Positions 47,590-57,083 of a stretch of 64,000 bases of DNA are shown here, in pieces. The DNA is taken from the NCBI GenBank assembly GCA_965372795.1, contig CBDVDR010000014.1:1-64000 (forward strand). Direction: 5' to 3'. Below the pieces are notes generated by a model, which made no database searches, was not told where the DNA came from, and was given only the letters and a program-made list of their open reading frames with translations. Each line of letters begins with the position of its first letter. Position 1 is the first letter of the stretch. This DNA is from an uncultured bacterium. GTDB lineage: Bacteria > Zixibacteria > MSB-5A5 > GN15 > FEB-12. The position numbers and the translations under genes are program-made.

Positions 47590-49692
47590 TTAGACAGATT
47601 GGTTTTGTCGTTTTTTCTCATCCAACAAACGACAACCCTCAATCAGAATTAAGTCATTTGGTAATTCATTGTTAGGAATCGGCAGTTTCTCACTATCAAT
47701 CGGATCAATACTCCAGACGCCTTTTTCCCATTCTATGGCATCATAGACAGCATCGGCGCCGACTTTATCTTCACATTCAGCATAGGTTATTTGCCCCTGA
47801 TCAAGATAAATCAGAAGTTGCTTCCCGGCTCCGGTCACACTTAATGAGACTGTTTTTTTACTGCAGCCCATCATTTGAAGGAGATCAATAAGGTTCATAT
47901 TTTCTAATGAACCATGAGTTCCTAACTCCTGAATAACATTGAGCCTTTGGCTTACTTCACTTCTTTTTCTACTTCTAATTCGATTAATTTTTATCATCAA
48001 TTGATCAATATCATTATCAACATTAAAGATATCTTCAACCCCGATTTTTAATAGTCCGTTTAATTCGCTAATATTTTTTGAGTCGGTTAATAAAAGCATC
48101 GGTAGGCTATCAAAGGAAATACCGCTGACAACTAAACTACTGAAGAAGTCGATTATATTCTTTTCTTCATTATTATTTACAATCAATGCAATATCAGGCT
48201 GGCGATCTTCTAATTTTCTTATAAAAGTTTCCTTCGAATCTGTAAAGGTAACACTGAATCCAAAATTATGTAAACAATTCTCAAGCATATATATATCACT
48301 GCCTGATTCATCATAAACCAAAACTAAAAATGAACCATCCTTTTCAGGTATAGCTACTAATTCCCTCCTGAGTAATCCAATAAATGTTTCGACTATTATT
48401 GGTAAAAATAGTTTCCCAGAGAGGCTTTTTAAATTCTTTTTGACATTATCAAATTGTTCAATACTTATTTTCAAACTTTCCGAGTAATTTTTATAGAAAA
48501 AATCAACAATCGTCAAAATATTACTTCCCAGAACTTTAAGCGGGAGATGCTGAAAGTGATGTTCATTAATCTCTCGATACATATTTCTAAGAATTGACAA
48601 TACTGGCGCAGGAAAATCGGTAACATCAAATTTACCACTCGACATATATGAAAGTTTATTTTCCCAACTGGAATTTTCAGTTCGACCGGTATACATCAAA
48701 GAAAGTTCATATAAATAAGCAGCATTCATAATATGAATCTGGTCGCAACCGCTAATCTTTAGTGATTTACATATAGATTTAACAAACTTAACAATATTAT
48801 TATTTATCTGTTCGTTTTTTTGATCAGCAAAAAGAATTGTTGTTAAAAATTTATAATTTTGTTCAAGTAACTCACTCATCTGACTTGATAACTTTTTGTG
48901 AAATAAAATATCTTTTAAAGTACCATAAGTTTGAATATTAATAGACGGTGAGACAACTCTAATTTTATCTGAAAGATCTTTAATCAAGTGTTTTTCATTA
49001 CGATCATGAATTAAAACCAAAATCACTTTTTCTTTGTTAACAAGTTGTTTCGCCTCTTCTATATCTGCGATCAAAAAGACATTATACCCTTCAGTAATTA
49101 AAGATTCACTTAATTCCTTTTCAAAAGTAACATCCCCGGTAACTATGAGTATAGATTCAGTACTATCGGATAAGTTAGCTTCCATTTTAAAATATTGATC
49201 TATTGAAAGAAAGTTTTTTTCAACTTGAAGGCTCTTTCCTTCATTTGAATTTGATGCCGCCAGTTGGACTCGATATTTATCTAAAATTGCACAATTAAGA
49301 AATGACGGAATCGCCATAAAGAATTCAACGATATAATCTTTTAGACTTAACTGTAAAACATCTTTCATTTTTGAATCAAAGGGATTGATACAGGCCACAC
49401 TGACTGTTTTAGAAGAAATATCGTAATTAAAAGGAAGCACCTTATTATTCCAGGCGGTAGCTGCCGGAATAAAATCAAGAACATTTTGAGGGATATCAAT
49501 ATTTTTGATATTTACAGTTTTACATCCAAAGGCCTGCTCAATAATGCCTAAAATCTGTTCGGGTTCAATAAATTTTGAACGAATCAGAAAATCATAAATA
49601 TCTTGACCACCATTATTAATATAATCATATGAACCATCAAATTGGCTCTGATTGATTAACCCTTCTGTTTTTAATCTTTCAAGTAAATTCAA
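47590..49692 (-). CDS. Multidomain signalling protein: MshEN/GSPII_N, pseudo-receiver, degenerate HD-GYP-like, receiver-like, DUF4388
   Basis: IPAATAWNNKVLPF..VACINP (GSPII_N); AAYLYEL and GSNILTIVD..SGKLFLP (HD-GYP-like without HD); GSLENMNLIDLLQM..W.KG..EGCRLLDE (DUF4388). Confidence 0.75.
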   Translation of the reverse strand: MNLLERLKTEGLINQSQFDGSYDYINNGGQDIYDFLIRSKFIEPEQILGIIEQAFGCKTVNIKNIDIPQNVLDFIPAATAWNNKVLPFNYDISSKTVSVACINPFDSKMKDVLQLSLKDYIVEFFMAIPSFLNCAILDKYRVQLAASNSNEGKSLQVEKNFLSIDQYFKMEANLSDSTESILIVTGDVTFEKELSESLITEGYNVFLIADIEEAKQLVNKEKVILVLIHDRNEKHLIKDLSDKIRVVSPSINIQTYGTLKDILFHKKLSSQMSELLEQNYKFLTTILFADQKNEQINNNIVKFVKSICKSLKISGCDQIHIMNAAYLYELSLMYTGRTENSSWENKLSYMSSGKFDVTDFPAPVLSILRNMYREINEHHFQHLPLKVLGSNILTIVDFFYKNYSESLKISIEQFDNVKKNLKSLSGKLFLPIIVETFIGLLRRELVAIPEKDGSFLVLVYDESGSDIYMLENCLHNFGFSVTFTDSKETFIRKLEDRQPDIALIVNNNEEKNIIDFFSSLVVSGISFDSLPMLLLTDSKNISELNGLLKIGVEDIFNVDNDIDQLMIKINRIRSRKRSEVSQRLNVIQELGTHGSLENMNLIDLLQMMGCSKKTVSLSVTGAGKQLLIYLDQGQITYAECEDKVGADAVYDAIEWEKGVWSIDPIDSEKLPIPNNELPNDLILIEGCRLLDEKKRQNQSV

Positions 49693-50124
49693 ACTATTCC
49701 CTTTCAGGAAATTTCTTTAATTCTGTTGATCAAAAAATATGAACCAGGACCTGTCATATATTTAAATATATTCGGTCAAATTTTCCGGTAGAATAGGAAG
49801 TTACAAGAAATTAGTCATTAATTGAACAGTTGCAGATTATTTTGATTTATAAACCCTCAAAGAAACTTTAATCTTAAAAGAATGAACACTATATTAAAAT
49901 AAGGCATGGGTGGAAATTAAATTTGAAGCCAATCCGTGTTTTCTTTTAATGAATTCAAAAGACCTTGGATAATCAAAAACAGGCTAAAAAAATGAATATT
50001 TTTGGTACCTTTTGAAACATACACCCTGAGCAGACTCATATAAACGAACCATTGTTTTTCTTTGTTTAGTCTTTTTAAGTAAATAATATTTTATTAATAT
50101 TATTTTATCTTTTATTCATTTTTT

Positions 50125-50153
50125 TGTAAACCTTTCAATATTTCTATCGTAAT
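50125..50153 (+). promoter_or_regulatory. ECF-type promoter TGTAAAC-N16-CGTAAT
   Basis: AAC at 50129-50131 and CGTA at 50148-50151. Confidence 0.55.
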
Positions 50154-50225
50154 AAAATCAGACCCCGGGGAAATTTCGGGAGAGTCGAATTCTAGAATGA
50201 TTCTCTCTGAAAAAAATGTTAGTTT

Positions 50226-52670
50226 TTGAAACTGTACATGTTTCAAAAATGTGATTTAAAGGGGTTTGTAATGATTATAGATTTTAAGATTAGTACACAA
50301 AGAAGGGTTACGCCTTATTTAAGTGTACTAATAGTGCTAATGTTGGCAGTTAACTCTTTTGCATCTCTTCAACCCGTTTATAAACCGCATATGAATGTTA
50401 TTAAAACTGAATTTCCAATTAAAATTGACGGGAAAATCAATGATCTTGAATGGGAAGGTGCAACTTCAATTACATCATTTTTTGAAAGAGATCCGGGAGA
50501 AAACATTGCTCCACAAGTAAATACTGAAACATTTATTACATATGATGATAATAATCTATATGTAAGTTTTAAATGTTATGATGATCCTTCGACTATTCGA
50601 GCATCATTGACTCAGCGGGATCAATACTCCGGGAATGATGAAGTTGGCGTTTTTATTGACACGTATGGTGATGCTTCGGTAGCATACATGCTGTTTGTAA
50701 ATCCTTTAGGAATTCAAAAAGATTTATTATGGAATTCAATAACAGGTAGTGATACCGGCTATGATTTAATATGGGAATCCTCAGCTGAAATAACAGATTT
50801 TGGTTATCAGGTTGAAATGGCAATTCCTTTTTCAAGTTTCAGATTTCCAAACAAAGATGTACAGTCATGGAAAATTGATTTTAGAAGAAACCATCCGCGA
50901 GAAAGTTATCATGAGTACGCCTGGGCAGCTCACGACAGGAATGAACAATGTGGTCCTTGCCAGTGGGGAACTATTGATGGAATAACTTCTGTTAAGCCCG
51001 GTAAAGGTATCGAATTTTTGCCAGCATATGTCGGCAATCAGAATCATGAATTTAATGGTAATAGCTTAGAGAATTTAGGCTTTGAAAGTGAAGTTTCCCT
51101 GACTGGAAAATATGCAATCAACTCAGATGTAACTCTTGAAGGATCCATCAATCCTGATTTTTCACAAATTGAAGCAGATGCTGCTCAGATAGATGTTAAC
51201 AGCACATTCAGTTTGTTCTTCCCCGAAAGACGTCCTTTTTTCCAGGAAGGTGCGGATATTTTTAGAACTATGTTTAATTCGTTTTATACCAGAACAATTT
51301 TTGATCCTCAATACGTTGCCAAATTAACCGGTCGACCGGGTAAATTCCGGTTTGGATTTATTTCTGCTTATGATGACTCTTCTGCTTATATAATACCTCT
51401 TGAAGAAAGTGATATTACTTTCAAAGCCAGTAAAAGTTATGTAAATGTATTGCGCGGTTTAAAATCTATTGGTCAAAATTCACGAGTTGGCTTTATGCTT
51501 AACGACCGTCGATATGAAGGTGAGGAAGGATCTAATACTATTTTTGCACTTGATGGTGATTTTAGCATAACAAGATCCCTCAGATATGATATGCAGGTTA
51601 TTTATTCTTATACTAAAGAAGGGTCTGGTGATATAATACCTTATGACACTTTAATAAATGTAGATACCCTTTGGAACAATGGTTCCGTTTCGGAAATTGA
51701 TAGTACCTACGAAGTAACCAAATTTGATTATGATGGTGATTATACTTTAAATTTTGACGATGAGTCGTATGGCGGGATTGCTATGATTTCAAGATTAAGG
51801 TATGCAACCAGAAATTTATTTATTCAAGCTGGCTATAACCAACTTGATCCAACCTATAGAACTCTTACGGGATATGATCCGGTAAACAATCACCGTTCGG
51901 CAGACTTTTATACACAATATACTATTTTCCTAAATGAAGGATTGTTTGAAAGAATAACTCCTCAAGCATCAGGGTTTAACCGTTGGAATAAGCAATCCGG
52001 TGAGAAAAAAAATGAGAATTTTAATCTTGGTATAAATACAAATCTTAGACTGGCTCAAACATCGGTCAATATAAATATTGATAATAATTCAGAAATTTAT
52101 GCAAATAAATCATACGATGACATGAAAAATATAAACTTGAGTGTGAATACTCAGGTTAGCAGCAATTTAGGGCTATATGCATCAGCCAGTTTTGGTGAAG
52201 GAATTGCTCGCGGAACAAATTTGTTGAGTGACAGAAATTCATTAAGTACCGGTTTTGAATTAAAACCGATTGATAATTTAAATATCGAACCAAGCATCAG
52301 ATTCGTTCGTGGCCTTGATAATGAAAATTCTGATGTTGAACTTTTTAAACAAATTGTGGCAAGAACAAGAGTGAGTTGGCAAGTAAACCGTAAACTTTCA
52401 CTTCGTTTGATTGGCCAATTTGTTGACTCAAAAAATTCTTTTGATATTGGTGAGTCCGAATATGGAATAACAAAAGGCAAATCTTTTGATATTGACCCAT
52501 TGGTTACTTACCGGCTTAATCCGTTTACTGTCTTTTATCTGGGCATGGTAAATAATTATGTTAAAGGGACCTATACTGAAAACTTAAATCAATATAATCT
52601 TTACTCTTATGATACCAGAGAAAACCAGCGGAAGTTTTTCTTTAAACTGCAATATCTTTTCCAAACTTAA
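50226..52670 (+). CDS. CBM9-like domain plus DUF5916 outer-membrane beta-barrel protein
   Basis: IKIDGKINDLEW, YDDNNLYVSF, EMAIPFSSFRF, INPDFSQIEAD, FFPERRPFFQEG, terminal FFFKLQYLF. Likely start ATG 50271. Confidence 0.88.
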   Translation: MKLYMFQKCDLKGFVMIIDFKISTQRRVTPYLSVLIVLMLAVNSFASLQPVYKPHMNVIKTEFPIKIDGKINDLEWEGATSITSFFERDPGENIAPQVNTETFITYDDNNLYVSFKCYDDPSTIRASLTQRDQYSGNDEVGVFIDTYGDASVAYMLFVNPLGIQKDLLWNSITGSDTGYDLIWESSAEITDFGYQVEMAIPFSSFRFPNKDVQSWKIDFRRNHPRESYHEYAWAAHDRNEQCGPCQWGTIDGITSVKPGKGIEFLPAYVGNQNHEFNGNSLENLGFESEVSLTGKYAINSDVTLEGSINPDFSQIEADAAQIDVNSTFSLFFPERRPFFQEGADIFRTMFNSFYTRTIFDPQYVAKLTGRPGKFRFGFISAYDDSSAYIIPLEESDITFKASKSYVNVLRGLKSIGQNSRVGFMLNDRRYEGEEGSNTIFALDGDFSITRSLRYDMQVIYSYTKEGSGDIIPYDTLINVDTLWNNGSVSEIDSTYEVTKFDYDGDYTLNFDDESYGGIAMISRLRYATRNLFIQAGYNQLDPTYRTLTGYDPVNNHRSADFYTQYTIFLNEGLFERITPQASGFNRWNKQSGEKKNENFNLGINTNLRLAQTSVNINIDNNSEIYANKSYDDMKNINLSVNTQVSSNLGLYASASFGEGIARGTNLLSDRNSLSTGFELKPIDNLNIEPSIRFVRGLDNENSDVELFKQIVARTRVSWQVNRKLSLRLIGQFVDSKNSFDIGESEYGITKGKSFDIDPLVTYRLNPFTVFYLGMVNNYVKGTYTENLNQYNLYSYDTRENQRKFFFKLQYLFQT

Positions 52671-52695
52671 CGTACTCCCTCTCATTTTTTTATAT

Positions 52696-52729
52696 AAAAC
52701 CCGGATTGATTATCAGTTCGGGTTTTTTT
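52696..52729 (+). terminator. Intrinsic terminator
   Basis: AAAACCCGGATTGAT-T-ATCAGTTCGGGTTTTTTT. Confidence 0.8.
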
Positions 52730-52786
52730 ATTGCAAGTATGCCGTAGTTCATATAATTTTCTTTAACTTTTAATCGGAGATACTAA

Positions 52787-53887
52787 TTGAATATTCTTGC
52801 AATGGAACCGTTTTATGGCGGTAGCCATAAAGCCTTTCTTGATGGTTGGATCAAACACAGTAACCATCGATGGAACCTGCTTACCCTTCCGGACATAAAA
52901 TGGAAATGGCGGATGCGACATTCAGCAATAACTTTTGCCGAACAAGCCAACCATTTATGGGAAAAAGGTCAGCGATGGGATTTAATATTTTGTTCTGACA
53001 TGTTGAATCTTGCTGAATTTTATGGATTAACTAATAATCATATACAGAAAATTCCTTCTGTAATATATTTCCATGAAAATCAATTAACTTACCCGGTAAG
53101 AAAAAATGAAGAACGAGACTATCACTTTGCAATGATTAACTTTACTTCATGTTTAAAAGCAGATCAAATTTGGTTTAATTCAAATTTTCATCGCAATTCA
53201 TTTTTGACTGCCTTAAAAATATTTTTGGAAAGAATGCCCGATAATAAACATCTTGATAGAATTAAAGAGATTGAAGATAAATCTATAATATGTTCTCCCG
53301 GAATAGAAAAAATAAAACTGAAAAAGAAAAAGCAGACAAAGCCGGTTCACATTATTTGGGCAGCCAGATGGGAACATGACAAAAATCCGGAAGATTTTTT
53401 TACAGCTCTCAAAACAATTAAAGGTAAAGGAATTCAGTTCAAATTATCAGTAATAGGTCAACAATATAGTAATTCACCCTCTATTTTTTCAGAAGCAAAA
53501 ACATATTTTAAAAACGAAATTGTTAATTGGGGATATCAAAACAGCTATTCTGAGTATATAACTGCCCTTTCAGAGGCTGATATCTTAGTTTCTACAGCAA
53601 ATCATGAATTTTTCGGCATTTCGGTCATAGAAGCCGTCGCACAGGAGGTTTTTCCTATTCTACCAAATAGATTATCCTACCCTGAACTTTTTCCTTATGA
53701 TAAATTTGAAGAGTGTTACTATAATAATAGTATTAAAGACCTAATCAACAAACTACTCCAAGTTATTGACCTACACAGCGTTGGCAGAATATCCTTAGAT
53801 CCGGGAAAATTCAGCGAACAGATTTCACCTTTTTTCTGGATTCAACAAACTCCAATTTTTGATAAATTATTATCTTCTCAGCAATAA
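52787..53887 (+). CDS. GT4-like glycosyltransferase, DUF3524/GTDC1 family
   Basis: EPFYGGSH, KWKWRMRHSA, YFHENQLTYP, RWEHDKNPEDFF, HEFFG..EA..P.RLSYPEL. Confidence 0.9.
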   Translation: MNILAMEPFYGGSHKAFLDGWIKHSNHRWNLLTLPDIKWKWRMRHSAITFAEQANHLWEKGQRWDLIFCSDMLNLAEFYGLTNNHIQKIPSVIYFHENQLTYPVRKNEERDYHFAMINFTSCLKADQIWFNSNFHRNSFLTALKIFLERMPDNKHLDRIKEIEDKSIICSPGIEKIKLKKKKQTKPVHIIWAARWEHDKNPEDFFTALKTIKGKGIQFKLSVIGQQYSNSPSIFSEAKTYFKNEIVNWGYQNSYSEYITALSEADILVSTANHEFFGISVIEAVAQEVFPILPNRLSYPELFPYDKFEECYYNNSIKDLINKLLQVIDLHSVGRISLDPGKFSEQISPFFWIQQTPIFDKLLSSQQ

Positions 53888-54145
53888 AAGTAAATCAATG
53901 AACTTTTTTTCACAATATGGCTAATTTTTATATGACAGTTGTTGACTCAACACTTTGAAACAAATATACTTTACACGTTCGCGCAGTTATTACAACAAGT
54001 GGATACAGTGATATTAAAATTGAAAAAATAACTTTTTATTAAGTATGCGAATAATAGATATAATAATCTAATTTATTGTTTAAATAAAGAAATGGAGGTT
54101 CTATAGTAAATTTCGTTATTTTTTTTATAAGACAGCAAAGAGCAC

Positions 54146-54174
54146 ATCAACATGAATGTTGATTTTATCAACAT
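54146..54174. promoter_or_regulatory. Three alternating ATCAACAT half-sites upstream of the surface lipoprotein gene
   Basis: ATCAACAT-GA-ATGTTGAT-TTT-ATCAACAT. Confidence 0.5.
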
Positions 54175-54200
54175 AAAAAAATTACTCATCGAGTTTACAA

Positions 54201-56879
54201 ATGGAGGATGGAATGAAATTTAAACTCGCAATTATGTTAACTCTGTTAGCATTACTCTTTATTGCTGGATGTGATAAAGAAGAAAATTTCTATGACGGCT
54301 TATGGACTGACGGCCGCGTTATTGGCTCTGTTCATGGAATCGTTACAGATAATCAAACTAATGCCCGTATGGGAGATGTTACAGTAACTTGGGCATCACA
54401 AGGTAAAATATTTTCGACCATAACCAACAGTCTTGGATATTATGCCATTACAGATCTTTCATCAGGTCATTACGAAATCTCCTTCTCTGGATCTTCTGGT
54501 TACGCAATTGGTATTCTCCATATGGATATTCCAGAACTTGACGCAATTGGCATTGATGAATATCCAACTAATGAAGATTTTCATTGGAGTGAATCTGAAA
54601 ATATGTCTATGTATATGCTCAACGCCGGATTAACCGGTATGGTATATGCCGTACTTGACGATGAAACAGTAGTTCCAGCTGTTGGGGTTACGGTTGTAGC
54701 TGATTTTTCAGGATTCGGTGTATCAGTTGAAGACTATACTGTCGTAACTGATGCTAATGGAGCTTACACTTTTACAGCTCTCCCGGCAACCTTGAATGTT
54801 GATCTGAGAACCCTTCCATTTTACGATGGAGTGTATAGTTTTGCAGTAGCAACACAAAATGATGTGACTCTGCATAATGGTGGTACTGTGACAGCGGCTG
54901 ATTTCATGCTGCAGGTTGCAGCAATGATACCGTTTATAGTCCAAAATAATATTGCCAATAATGATTTTGGTCTCACAGATGACATCATGATCACTTTCTC
55001 AAAAGCTATGGTAACAGAATCTTTTGAGATAACACTTGCCCCAACTGTCAAAGCTGTTGGTGCTGAAATTGGATTTGTAGCTACCTGGGCTGATGATGTT
55101 GCCCTTACTATTAATCCTGGAACAGCTCTTAATGCGAGCACAAGCTACACTCTATCAATGAGTGGAGTATCTCAGGATGGAAACGCATATACTGAATCAA
55201 TTGCGTTTACTACAATTGATGGCTTGGAATTCCTTTATACTAATGCTGAACGAGCAATTGGTCTTTTTGATGAGTTCCCGGTTAATGGAAATATTGAAAT
55301 AACATTCAATATGGAAATTGATCTGACAAACATCAATGGTCATGTAACTATGACTGAAGATGGTGATCAGGTTGCATTGGATGCTACTGCTTCTGCCGAT
55401 CTTATGACTCTCATAATTGACCCGGACTATGACCTGGAACCAGGCATGGATTACATAGTCGATTATGAAGTATATTCAAATATCCCTGGTGACTTTGATA
55501 CTAAAACATTCACTATAACAACTTCCGATGATGTTGTTGTTCCAGGTCAGGTCATGAATTTTGCTCTTGATATGGGAGCAGGATATGAAGCTGACTATAA
55601 TGACGCCGGTTGGGGATTTCAATGGGATGCGGTTGCAAATGCAACTACTTATAGAATCTATGCCAGAGATACCTATAATAACTCTGACTTTGTAGAAGTC
55701 TTTGATTTTACAGGTAATGATGTTGATCTGACATTTAACAGTGGTTTTGGTTTACCAGCCGAGTTTGACTATTTTGAGGATGATGGCATTCAAACTCCTT
55801 TAGCCTATGGAACCAAAGTTATCTTTAAAATTGTCGCAGAAAATGCCGCCGGCATGGGAATCTTCTCTGATTCTATTATGATCGGCGATGAAACAGCTCC
55901 TAATTATAATCAAAATAGTAGTCAGGAAAATTCTGCCAATAACTCTCTTGGTACCGAAGATATTGTCTTTACTATTGAATTTGATGCAAATGAACCAATG
56001 GCACAAGAAGACCCAACCTTTATTTTTGGTGATAATGGTTCAGGTTATGTAACTTCCGCCTCAGACATTACTACATCTTGGGAAACCTTGTCTGAAGGTG
56101 AATTTACCTTTACAATTCCTGCCGGTCAGGATGCCTCGGGTGATACCGTATTCATTACTGCCAACGATGGTAGCGGTAATTCTTCTGCTGACACTATCAC
56201 ATTGGTTCTTGAAGGTACAAACTTCTCAACAGCCGCTGATATAGATTATAACACAACATCAATTGCATTTACCTGGACAGACTATAACAATTATGCAGAC
56301 GATTATATGATCTATGTTAAAGATGATGGACTGAATCCAGAGGATACAGTAGTTGTAGGACCATTTGCAACTGGCAGTGGCGCTGTGAATTTGGCGACAT
56401 TGAACTATCCTCCACAATTTGATGGGGATACTCTGTTAAGCCCGGACGATGGTATGCAGACACCATTCCTCGCAACTAATCTTACCTTTACTCTTGTTCC
56501 AAGAGTTGGTGGCGAAGAATTTGATCCGTATGAAGCTATAACATTGTCTGATGTTGTGTCTCCAACTGGTGGAGCCCTCACCTATTTTTCAGGTACAGCA
56601 GCCAGTGCTGGAGCTGATCATAACTATGTTATAGATTTTGCTGGAGTATCTGAATATATCGATACTTCTGGAACAGGAATGACATTCACATTCGAAGATA
56701 ACGGAGATGCTGGTGTTCCAGCAGATGTTTCAATCCTTTGGACTGATTTGGTTTCCGGAGTAATAACAATTGTTATTCCAGCAAATATAGATCATTCAAA
56801 TGATGTCTTAACAGTAAGTTACTTTGATATGAGTGGAAATGTTGTTGAAACTACTATAACAATCGGATTAGTCAACTAA
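54201..56879 (+). CDS. Large acidic surface lipoprotein with carboxypeptidase-regulatory-like, Big_5 Ig-like and FN3-like modules
   Basis: FIAGC lipobox; IMITFSKAM..LTINP..L...TSY and IEITFNMEID..IDP..L.PG..Y Ig-like repeats; duplicated DYN..F.W..Y.IY..DDG.QTP module. Likely start ATG 54213. Confidence 0.8.
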   Translation: MEDGMKFKLAIMLTLLALLFIAGCDKEENFYDGLWTDGRVIGSVHGIVTDNQTNARMGDVTVTWASQGKIFSTITNSLGYYAITDLSSGHYEISFSGSSGYAIGILHMDIPELDAIGIDEYPTNEDFHWSESENMSMYMLNAGLTGMVYAVLDDETVVPAVGVTVVADFSGFGVSVEDYTVVTDANGAYTFTALPATLNVDLRTLPFYDGVYSFAVATQNDVTLHNGGTVTAADFMLQVAAMIPFIVQNNIANNDFGLTDDIMITFSKAMVTESFEITLAPTVKAVGAEIGFVATWADDVALTINPGTALNASTSYTLSMSGVSQDGNAYTESIAFTTIDGLEFLYTNAERAIGLFDEFPVNGNIEITFNMEIDLTNINGHVTMTEDGDQVALDATASADLMTLIIDPDYDLEPGMDYIVDYEVYSNIPGDFDTKTFTITTSDDVVVPGQVMNFALDMGAGYEADYNDAGWGFQWDAVANATTYRIYARDTYNNSDFVEVFDFTGNDVDLTFNSGFGLPAEFDYFEDDGIQTPLAYGTKVIFKIVAENAAGMGIFSDSIMIGDETAPNYNQNSSQENSANNSLGTEDIVFTIEFDANEPMAQEDPTFIFGDNGSGYVTSASDITTSWETLSEGEFTFTIPAGQDASGDTVFITANDGSGNSSADTITLVLEGTNFSTAADIDYNTTSIAFTWTDYNNYADDYMIYVKDDGLNPEDTVVVGPFATGSGAVNLATLNYPPQFDGDTLLSPDDGMQTPFLATNLTFTLVPRVGGEEFDPYEAITLSDVVSPTGGALTYFSGTAASAGADHNYVIDFAGVSEYIDTSGTGMTFTFEDNGDAGVPADVSILWTDLVSGVITIVIPANIDHSNDVLTVSYFDMSGNVVETTITIGLVN

Positions 56880-56902
56880 GACATATTTTCATTGTTTTTT
56901 AC

Positions 56903-56930
56903 AAGGGGAGCTTCGGCTCCCCTTTTTTTT
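56903..56930 (+). terminator. Intrinsic terminator
   Basis: AAGGGGAGC-TTCG-GCTCCCC followed by a T tract. Confidence 0.92.
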
Positions 56931-56984
56931 ATTGCATAAACTAAAATTGGCAAGATTTCTGCTCTTTAGTATATTAACATTATC

Positions 56985-57040
56985 AATTGTTCAACAATTG
57001 AACAATTATTTTGTAACAATTAAAAGGGTATTGCGTCTTA
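56985..57040 (+). promoter_or_regulatory. 10-bp inverted repeat followed by an ECF-type promoter TGTAAC-N16-CGTC
   Basis: AATTGTTCAA-CAA-TTGAACAATT at 56985-57007; AAC at 57015-57017 and CGTC at 57034-57037. Confidence 0.6.
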
Positions 57041-57083
57041 ATAAATATACCGAACCGCATTACAGTTCTATACCCTCACATTT

